Positions 57,258-64,000 of a stretch of 64,000 nt of DNA are shown here, piece by piece. The number at the start of each line of letters is the position of its first letter. Position 1 is the stretch's first letter. Under the pieces are notes generated by a model that was given only the letters and a program-made list of their open reading frames with translations, did no database searches and was not told the origin of the DNA. Origin of the DNA: an uncultured Candidatus Micrarchaeota archaeon (GTDB lineage Archaea; Micrarchaeota; Micrarchaeia; Micrarchaeales; Micrarchaeaceae); contig CAVUGN010000004.1 of NCBI GenBank assembly GCA_963741095.1, positions 32,001-96,000 of the forward strand, in the 5' to 3' direction. The position numbers and the translations under genes were made by a program.

Positions 57258-57321
57258 GAGGCAGTTGCCTGGCATCTGCAGCCGCAGCGTTGCGGTACTG
57301 CAGATGTCATTAAGGCATCTC
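57258..57321. other. Long GC-rich inverted repeat/hairpin
   Basis: TGGCATCTGCAG/CTGCAGATGTCA, inner CCGCA/TGCGG, outer TGCCT/AGGCA. Confidence 0.75.
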
Positions 57322-57371
57322 CTATTCCTAATCCAAAAATATAAATATTAGGGCGCAATGACAATACCCTA

Positions 57372-58685
57372 ATGGCAATAGAGTCGAGTCTGGGGGGTCG
57401 CTATCTTGTCAACAGGTCCGAGTTGCCCCAGCTTTTGAAATCGATAGGAGAGATGGCCATCGAAGTGCATTACAACGGGAATTGGAACAACACCATCTAC
57501 TTCAACAACACCGATCACGAACTGTATTTCGGGCAGACCGTCAGGGCGAGGAGGTACTCCACCCCCGCTCCAGATGCAAATTTACAAATAGCGCAAAAAG
57601 ACAAATGGGCGCTGGAGCAGAAGAGCGTGCTGTACTCCAAGAATGAAGTGCTCAAACACATACAAAGCGACAACTACGTCATATCGCAAATAAACGACCT
57701 GCTAAGGTTCGAGCGCAAGCTGGATGGCGTGAAGCTGTCCGAAGCCCTCAGGCCCTTCATAGCCGTGAGCTCCCTGAGGTCAAGTTTCCTGGCAAAGAGC
57801 GACGCCAGATTCAAGATAACCGTGGACGACCAGACGAAATACTACGCCTTCATGAACAACTATGTTGCAAGGCAGATAGGCCGGGAGGACTTCGCAAGGG
57901 TGGAGCTGAGGCTGAGCGAGGCAGTTGTTTCCAGCGGTCGCGTGCTGGAGCAGTTCCAAGAGCTGATGCACTCCGTCTGCGCAGTGCCCGTTATCTCAAA
58001 GAAGGACGCCGGCTACAACATGCTTGGCACGAACCTGAAGCTCAAGTACGGCTGGCAGCCTGGGCAGACCGATACAGAAATAGAGTCAAAGCTCTCCCTC
58101 AGCGTGTCCCATCAAAATCTGTTCAACATTATCCTGAACGACTTTGCCACTGACGGGGTGAAGGGATTCGCGCCGTTGGAAAAGTTTCCCTGCATGCTGG
58201 AAGGCGGAAAGATAATCACCTACATGATAACCAAAGACAATCGGTACGTCCGCCTCAATTCCAAAGGCGACCAGCACTTTACTACGACAAAGGAGGGCAA
58301 GGAGATAATGAACGACCCTTACGGTCTGGGCTGCATACTGAAGAGGAATGAGATCGAAACCGAGGTGTCATCTTCGATTCCGAAAGTCAACGGTAAAGAG
58401 ATAGTGCTTTACAAAAAATTCAAGCAATTCTGGGTGTATGGCAAAGAAAGCGGCAATCACTACCACCTCTCGATGGACGGGTGCTACCCGATAAACGGTA
58501 ACCAGTCAAGCCTCAACCAGATCGAGGTGGAGAGCACAATGCTGCGCCCCTCAAAAGAGCAGGTGTCGGTTGCGACGAAGGAGATAGCCGACATCACCAA
58601 GCAGCTGATTGATATGCACGACAAACTGAAGCCCACCACGCTCACAAAGCGGGAATGGATATCGGAATTGATACGGTCGGAGTAA
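57372..58685 (+). CDS. Tandem triphosphate-tunnel (VTC-like plus CYTH-like) protein
   Basis: N-half NTIYFN, VRARRY, LEQK, KITVD, VELR, SKK; C-half EIESK (ExExK), QIEVE, LTK. Confidence 0.65.
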   Translation: MAIESSLGGRYLVNRSELPQLLKSIGEMAIEVHYNGNWNNTIYFNNTDHELYFGQTVRARRYSTPAPDANLQIAQKDKWALEQKSVLYSKNEVLKHIQSDNYVISQINDLLRFERKLDGVKLSEALRPFIAVSSLRSSFLAKSDARFKITVDDQTKYYAFMNNYVARQIGREDFARVELRLSEAVVSSGRVLEQFQELMHSVCAVPVISKKDAGYNMLGTNLKLKYGWQPGQTDTEIESKLSLSVSHQNLFNIILNDFATDGVKGFAPLEKFPCMLEGGKIITYMITKDNRYVRLNSKGDQHFTTTKEGKEIMNDPYGLGCILKRNEIETEVSSSIPKVNGKEIVLYKKFKQFWVYGKESGNHYHLSMDGCYPINGNQSSLNQIEVESTMLRPSKEQVSVATKEIADITKQLIDMHDKLKPTTLTKREWISELIRSE

Positions 58686-58770
58686 GCCCACGCAAATCGA
58701 ATCCTTCTGCTCGAAACAGAAAGCACTTTAATTCTTATCACCTCAGTCTCATCAGATGTTGGTGGGTGCG

Positions 58771-59016
58771 ATGGCAAACAAGAGCATTGCTTCGGCGTTG
58801 GGTCCGACCCTGGCGGTTCTGGGCCTTATCGTGGTCGTAATCGCCGGCGTCGGCGGCATAATATCCAACTGCCCGTCAATATACCTGAGCTGCGCACACA
58901 GCCCGCTGATACTCATCCTGGAAGTGGGCCTGGTCCTCATACTGATAGGGACCTTCGGTCTGGTGTACTACAAGCACGTCATGCTCATCAGGAAGATAAA
59001 GAAGGGCGGCCGCTAG
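58771..59016 (+). CDS. Small two-TM membrane protein
   Basis: Two hydrophobic helices with a Cys pair in the loop; basic C-terminal tail. Confidence 0.65.
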   Translation: MANKSIASALGPTLAVLGLIVVVIAGVGGIISNCPSIYLSCAHSPLILILEVGLVLILIGTFGLVYYKHVMLIRKIKKGGR

Positions 59017-59062
59017 AGAACCTAATAAATACCACGAAATCACAATAATTACGGTGTAGAAC

Positions 59063-59947
59063 TTGAGTTCGCTGATAGACAAGCTTGTTGATCCTATTCT
59101 GGAGCGCTACGGCGTGCCCGCATGGGTGAAGCCTTACGTGATAAAGTACGTCAAGAAAAATCCTGCAAACACGGTCAAGTTTGCTGCGAGCTTCATAGAC
59201 GTCAAGCGGAAGAAGGGAGAGATAACCAGCGAGTACATCAGGCTGCCAAACGGCCTTAAATTCAGGAAGGACCACATACTGCACCTGCTAAACATCGTTT
59301 TCTACGCCGAGGAGAGCATGTCCCGCATAGCCGAGATGTGGTCTAGCAAGGGCGCCGACAACGGCCACAATTACACTGCGCATTTCAAGGAGATGCAGGC
59401 AAAGGATTCAAGCCACGCTAGGGCGATAAAGAATCTCATAGAAGGCCTCGGGAGGAAGCCTGAGAAGCCGCAGCAGGAGATAGTCGAGGTGTTCAACTAT
59501 GTAGCAAACCTCGATTCCTGGTACGATCGCATACTCGCCACGGAACTGATACTGAGGGATTCTTACGCAAGGACCTTCGGCCTGATATTCTACAAGGTCT
59601 TCTACCCGGTCTCGCCGGAATTCATGCGTTCGTTCGGCAAGACCTTCTCTGTCGCAGAACTGGAATCATTATGGGGCATGTCAGAAGCAAGAAAGATAAT
59701 AGAGACGCAGCTGGTTTCCGATGAGCACATCGTGGAGCTTACGCGCGAGATACTCATAAGGATACAGAAGTCAGTCGATGCGAACATGCGGCTTGCAAAG
59801 GCCTCTGGAATAGAGAACGAGGCGAGGCTGCTCTCGGACATAGCGATAGCCTATCCATTGCAGGCTCTCTCAAAGATGGGCGTCAAGGTGAACGTGGGCA
59901 AGGAGATAAACCGCATCAAGAAGGGCGCAGCGAAGCTGAAGTACTGA
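59063..59947 (+). CDS. Ferritin-like four-helix protein (degenerate ligands)
   Basis: YAEESM...QAKDSSHARAIKNLIEGLG helix pattern. Confidence 0.6.
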   Translation: MSSLIDKLVDPILERYGVPAWVKPYVIKYVKKNPANTVKFAASFIDVKRKKGEITSEYIRLPNGLKFRKDHILHLLNIVFYAEESMSRIAEMWSSKGADNGHNYTAHFKEMQAKDSSHARAIKNLIEGLGRKPEKPQQEIVEVFNYVANLDSWYDRILATELILRDSYARTFGLIFYKVFYPVSPEFMRSFGKTFSVAELESLWGMSEARKIIETQLVSDEHIVELTREILIRIQKSVDANMRLAKASGIENEARLLSDIAIAYPLQALSKMGVKVNVGKEINRIKKGAAKLKY

Positions 59948-60031
59948 GACTGCGATAGGTATATAATCTTTGATTCACAAATTATACTTTAGCAGGAGCC
60001 GCAATAGTGCTTGAAGGGAATCAGTGATACA

Positions 60032-60334
60032 ATGGACAATGATGGAGTCGCAAGGACAGAAAGGCCGGAGAACGTGGTGTACATAGGCAAGAAGCCGACC
60101 ATGAACTACGTGCTGGCGGTAGTCACTCAGTTCAACAGCGGCATGCAAGAAGTTACGATAAAAGCGAGAGGCAACGCCATATCCCGGGCGGTCGACGTAA
60201 AGGAGATAGTCCTGAACAGGTTCATGCCCAATCTGAAGGAGCGAAGCATGACGACCTCTTCGGAAGAGATGACGAACGAGGACGGGTCCAAATCGAAAGT
60301 AAGCGCGATGCAGATAGTCCTTTACAAACCATAA
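60032..60334 (+). CDS. albA: DNA/RNA-binding protein Alba
   Basis: [26 protein letters not shown]. Confidence 0.97.
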   Translation: MDNDGVARTERPENVVYIGKKPTMNYVLAVVTQFNSGMQEVTIKARGNAISRAVDVKEIVLNRFMPNLKERSMTTSSEEMTNEDGSKSKVSAMQIVLYKP

Positions 60335-60383
60335 ACTGATCCTGAAAATTTTCTGAAGAATTAGCAATGCTTAGTCGTTGCAA

Positions 60384-61610
60384 TCAGGCGACCTGTCCGA
60401 AACCAGTAAGCCTCCACCTGTGCGCGAGGCTTCTCATGACTGCTATTTTCGCGCCCTTGTCAACGCATATCGGGTGCTTCAATTCCACTTCAAGCGTGTC
60501 CCTCTTCACCTTTTTGATGTAGCCCAGCACGGTTGCTGTGCCTGCTCCCAGTATGAGTGGCTCGTTCTCAACGAACTGCTGCTTAGGTATGTCGTTCCTG
60601 TCGAGCTTGTGATACTCCATCTTGAGGTCACTCGTGACCGGCGGCAGTTTACCAACGTGTCCTATCAAATTTCCGACAAGCCCGTCCGCCTTCGTGAAAG
60701 TTGGATCCAGCTCCGTTGACACTCCGACAAGCCCTCCCGGCTGCGCCTCCTCAAGCTTGTAAGAGCCATTGCTCATCTCCTTTATCACAGTGACAACGTG
60801 CTCGTAAACATCCTTCTTCGCCTTTGTGCCTATCTTTATGCCCGGCCTCACCTCCACCTGATCGCCGGTCTTGAATATCCCCTTCACTACCGCACCTCCT
60901 AGCACTCCGCCGACTATCTTCGTGCCGTCTATTCCCGGTTTGTTGACGTCGAAAGACCTCACGACGTACATCAAAGGATCAGAAGCAAGGTCGCGCTGCG
61001 GCCTCGGCATGTTCGCTATCTTCTCGAGTATGACATTGACGTTTATGCCCAGGTTGGGCATGACCGGCACTATCGGAGCGTTCTCTATGGTGCTGCCCTT
61101 CACGAAGTCGCGTATCTGCTGTGCGTGCTTCAACGCCGCCTCTTTTCCAACTATATCAACCTTTGTCTGTGCAATTATGACATTCTTGATGCCGAGTATG
61201 TTGATTATCATCAGGTGCTCTTTCGTCTGCTGCATCGGGCACGGCTCGTTCGCCGCTATGACGAAAAGAATCCCGTCTATGACGCTTGAACCTGCTATAG
61301 CGGTGGCCATGAGGGTCTCGTGGCCCGGCGCGTCAAGCAGCGATATGCGCATCAATGGCTTCGGAACGCCTCCGCAGCCCTCGCACTTGTCACCCGTGGT
61401 GTAGGCCTTCGCGCCCTCGCATTTCTCGCACTTCTTTATTACCGCGTCGGCGTAGCCGAGCTTTATCGTCATATTGCGCTTTATGCTCTCGCTGTGCCTG
61501 TCGGTCCAGGTGCCCGTTATCGCCCTGGTGAGCGAGGTCTTGCCGTGGTCTATGTGCCCGAGCGTGCCTATGTTCAGCACGCTCTGCTTGGTTTCATCCA
61601 TGATAAACAT
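60384..61610 (-). CDS. eif2g: Translation initiation factor aIF2 gamma
   Basis: GHIDHGKT, RNMTIKLGY, zinc ribbon, DAPGHE, RSFDVNKPG. Confidence 0.97.
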   Translation of the reverse strand: MFIMDETKQSVLNIGTLGHIDHGKTSLTRAITGTWTDRHSESIKRNMTIKLGYADAVIKKCEKCEGAKAYTTGDKCEGCGGVPKPLMRISLLDAPGHETLMATAIAGSSVIDGILFVIAANEPCPMQQTKEHLMIINILGIKNVIIAQTKVDIVGKEAALKHAQQIRDFVKGSTIENAPIVPVMPNLGINVNVILEKIANMPRPQRDLASDPLMYVVRSFDVNKPGIDGTKIVGGVLGGAVVKGIFKTGDQVEVRPGIKIGTKAKKDVYEHVVTVIKEMSNGSYKLEEAQPGGLVGVSTELDPTFTKADGLVGNLIGHVGKLPPVTSDLKMEYHKLDRNDIPKQQFVENEPLILGAGTATVLGYIKKVKRDTLEVELKHPICVDKGAKIAVMRSLAHRWRLTGFGQVA

Positions 61611-62009
61611 TTATTTTGCGGCTTCCGCTGCTGCCTCCTTCTTCTTCTCCGGGAACAGCTCGCTGACCGGCGTGGATCCGTACTCGACTATCATGGTGTT
61701 GACCTGCACCGTGTCGCTGCTTATGGTCGAGCCCCGCACGGTGAGCCTTTCGTGCATGCCGTTATTCCTGCCCGAAGTGGCGACCTTCCTCAGCACGCTT
61801 GTCTTTATCGCGCCGCCTATGCCCTTCATCAAGGGAAAACCGCTGTTGTCGCTGCCTCCTGTTATCTTGAGCTTGTAGCCCGGCAGGCCGATAGTGTCCC
61901 CTTCTATGATATCATTTATCTTGCTGTTCAGCAATGCCACTGCCTTGTCTCCTTCCACAACGAGCTGCGCGCTCTTTCCAGTCTTCGGGTCTGAATAAAC
62001 TATTTTCAT
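61611..62009 (-). CDS. rps6e: 30S ribosomal protein eS6
   Basis: SDPKTGKS, LKITGGSDNSGFP, TVRG. Confidence 0.95.
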   Translation of the reverse strand: MKIVYSDPKTGKSAQLVVEGDKAVALLNSKINDIIEGDTIGLPGYKLKITGGSDNSGFPLMKGIGGAIKTSVLRKVATSGRNNGMHERLTVRGSTISSDTVQVNTMIVEYGSTPVSELFPEKKKEAAAEAAK

Positions 62010-62018
62010 CGTTTCACC

Positions 62019-64000
62019 TCATCTGTACATGTTCTCCGGCTCGTCCTTGAACCTCCTTATCCTGTCTGCAAGTTCCTGCGGTATCGCCGGCTTCACCTCT
62101 ACAAGTGCAAAATTGAAATCCTTCTTCGTGACCTCGGTCCTGCTCTCCCTTATCGCGCACATCCCCGCCTCCCTTATCACGTTCTCTATCTCCGCGCCCG
62201 TGTATCCTTCCGTCTCCTTCGCGAGCTCGTCTATGCTGACGTCCTTCGCGAGAGGCATGCGCTTCGTGTGCACCTTGAATATCGCATTCCTCGTCTCCTC
62301 GTCCGGTATCGGTATCTCTATTATCTTGTCGAACCTGCCCGGCCGCATCAACGCGGGATCTATCATGTCCGGCCTGTTCGTCGCCGCGAGCACAATCACG
62401 TTCTTCATCTCCTGGAGGCCGTCCATCTCCGTCAGCAGCGTGTCCACGACGCGCTCTATGGCCATCGAGTCTCCGGTGTAATCGCTGTCCCTCGTAGAGG
62501 CCATCGCGTCTATCTCGTCTATGAATATTATGCACGGCGCGGCCATCTTCGCCTTCCTGAATATCTCCCTCACCGACTTCTCGCTCTCGCCGACGTACTT
62601 GCTTATCAGCTCCGGCCCCTTTATCGATATGAAGTTCGATTCCCTCTCTGTCGCGACCGCCTTCGCGAGCATGGTCTTGCCCGTGCCCGGAGCCCCGACA
62701 AGAAGGATTCCCCTGACCGGCCTTATGCCTATCCTCTCGAACGCCTCCGGATTCTTTATCGGCATCTCCACGGCCTCTTTCAATTGGGCCTTGACCCCTT
62801 CAAGGCCGCCGACATCCTCCCAGTGTATGTTCGGCCTTTCGACGAAGACCTCCCTCAGCGCGCTCGGCTGTATCGATGCCAGCGCTTCCAGGAAATCGGC
62901 TCTTGAAACATTAAGGCTCAGCAGTATCTCGTTCGGCACGGACCTCTTGTCCACGATTTTCGGCAGTATGTGCCTGAGCTCCGCCATCGCCGCCTCCCTA
63001 GCGAGCGCGGCTATGTCCGCTCCTGTGTATCCGTGCGTCAAGTCGGCAAGCTCATCCATCTTGACGTCCTTCGCCAAGGGCATGTTCCTGCTGTGTATCT
63101 GCAATATCTCCTTTCTCGAGTTCCTGTCCGGCACTCCTATCTCGATCTCGCGGTCGAACCTTCCCGGCCTCCTGAGCGCGGGGTCTATCGCGTTGGGCCT
63201 GTTGGTCGCGCCTATTATTATGACCTGGCCCCTGGAGGCCATGCCGTCCATGAGCGTCAGCAACTGCGATACCATCCTCCGCTCGACCTCGTTCGTCGCC
63301 TCCTCGCGCTTTGGCGCTATCGCGTCTATCTCATCCATGAATATTATCGTAGGGGCCTTCTCCTTCGCCTCGTTGAATATCTCCCTCAGTTTTTCCTCGC
63401 TCTCGCCGACGAACTTGCTCACCAGTTCCGGCCCGGATATGTCTATGAAATGCGCGTCGCTTTCGTTCGCCACTGCCTTCGCGAGCAACGTCTTTCCGGT
63501 TCCCGGAGCGCCGAAGAGGAGCACGCCTTTCGGCGGATCTATCCCCAATCTCTCGAAAAGCTCCGGATACCTTATCGGAAGCTCCACCATCTCCCTTATC
63601 TTCTGTATCTCGGTCTTGAGGCCGCCTATGTCCTCGTAGTGGACCTCCCCTATCTTGACGAGCGATTCCGAGGCCGGCTCGGTCTTGACCACGACCTCGG
63701 TGGTCTTTGCGACCTTGACGATCCCGTGCGGGACCACCTGCACTACCACGAAATTGAATGCGTAGCCGAACATGGCTATCGGGACGACGTCGCCCTTCTC
63801 GAGCGGTTTGTCCTCCAGTCTGCTCTTAGCGTAATTGGAGAAATCCGGAGACAACGGGGCTCTCTGGTTGGGTGGTGGAGCGAGTATGACCTTCTCGGCG
63901 ATTTTGACGTCAGCCTTCGAGACAAAGACCCTGTCGCCTATGCCCACCCCTATGTTCTGCCTGATATAACCGTCTATCCTGACGAAATCGAGGCCCTCGT
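62019..64000 (-). CDS. CDC48/VCP AAA ATPase (5'-partial)
   Basis: Two AAA modules (GAPGTGKT x2, DEID x2, RPGRFD x2); the frame stays open to the window end. Confidence 0.97.
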   Translation of the reverse strand, partial: EGLDFVRIDGYIRQNIGVGIGDRVFVSKADVKIAEKVILAPPPNQRAPLSPDFSNYAKSRLEDKPLEKGDVVPIAMFGYAFNFVVVQVVPHGIVKVAKTTEVVVKTEPASESLVKIGEVHYEDIGGLKTEIQKIREMVELPIRYPELFERLGIDPPKGVLLFGAPGTGKTLLAKAVANESDAHFIDISGPELVSKFVGESEEKLREIFNEAKEKAPTIIFMDEIDAIAPKREEATNEVERRMVSQLLTLMDGMASRGQVIIIGATNRPNAIDPALRRPGRFDREIEIGVPDRNSRKEILQIHSRNMPLAKDVKMDELADLTHGYTGADIAALAREAAMAELRHILPKIVDKRSVPNEILLSLNVSRADFLEALASIQPSALREVFVERPNIHWEDVGGLEGVKAQLKEAVEMPIKNPEAFERIGIRPVRGILLVGAPGTGKTMLAKAVATERESNFISIKGPELISKYVGESEKSVREIFRKAKMAAPCIIFIDEIDAMASTRDSDYTGDSMAIERVVDTLLTEMDGLQEMKNVIVLAATNRPDMIDPALMRPGRFDKIIEIPIPDEETRNAIFKVHTKRMPLAKDVSIDELAKETEGYTGAEIENVIREAGMCAIRESRTEVTKKDFNFALVEVKPAIPQELADRIRRFKDEPENMYR

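Noticed and set aside
1-64000. Many long antisense or alternate-frame ORFs (e.g. 33577-35070, 43653-44594, 62521-63639)
   Set aside because: They are shadows of well-supported genes, caused by codon bias, and have no motifs of their own.
1-64000. CRISPR array, integrase, transposase, reverse transcriptase, rRNA
   Set aside because: None recognised; the repeats seen are coding repeats (Ig-like, LamG spacers, ankyrin).

Overview
Archaeal chromosomal window. DPANN/Micrarchaeota-like affiliation is an inference from the compact gene packing, archaeal information genes, a T-loop tRNA intron, a giant LamG surface protein and apparently split RqcH/Hef. Most of the window is housekeeping: a reduced rpoD-tRNA-Leu-L18e-L13-S9-rpoN-tRNA-Pro-S2 cluster, Spt5-L11, ScpAB, PyrG, both ether-lipid prenyltransferases (GGGPS, DGGGPS), RNase Z, DnaG, Alba, aIF2-gamma, S6e and CDC48. 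It also holds a glycosylation cluster, peptidases, a PadR/ABC/S-layer-domain unit, DapL+LysA and polyamine enzymes. There are four tRNAs, two with BHB introns, one of them at the non-canonical position 59/60. The strongest candidate for an undescribed system lies just past tRNA-Val(GAC), at 39998-43628. Three co-oriented genes with unrelated bodies (ankyrin repeats; two small C-type-lectin-like domains) all start with the same ~19-aa N-terminal tag, and they are divergent from a rhomboid-like membrane protein. Other leads are a SpeY-type deoxyhypusine synthase homolog with an AguB-AguA fusion, several apparent pseudo-enzymes, a tandem VTC/CYTH protein and several long intergenic hairpins. All family assignments come from motif recognition by eye; no searches were run.
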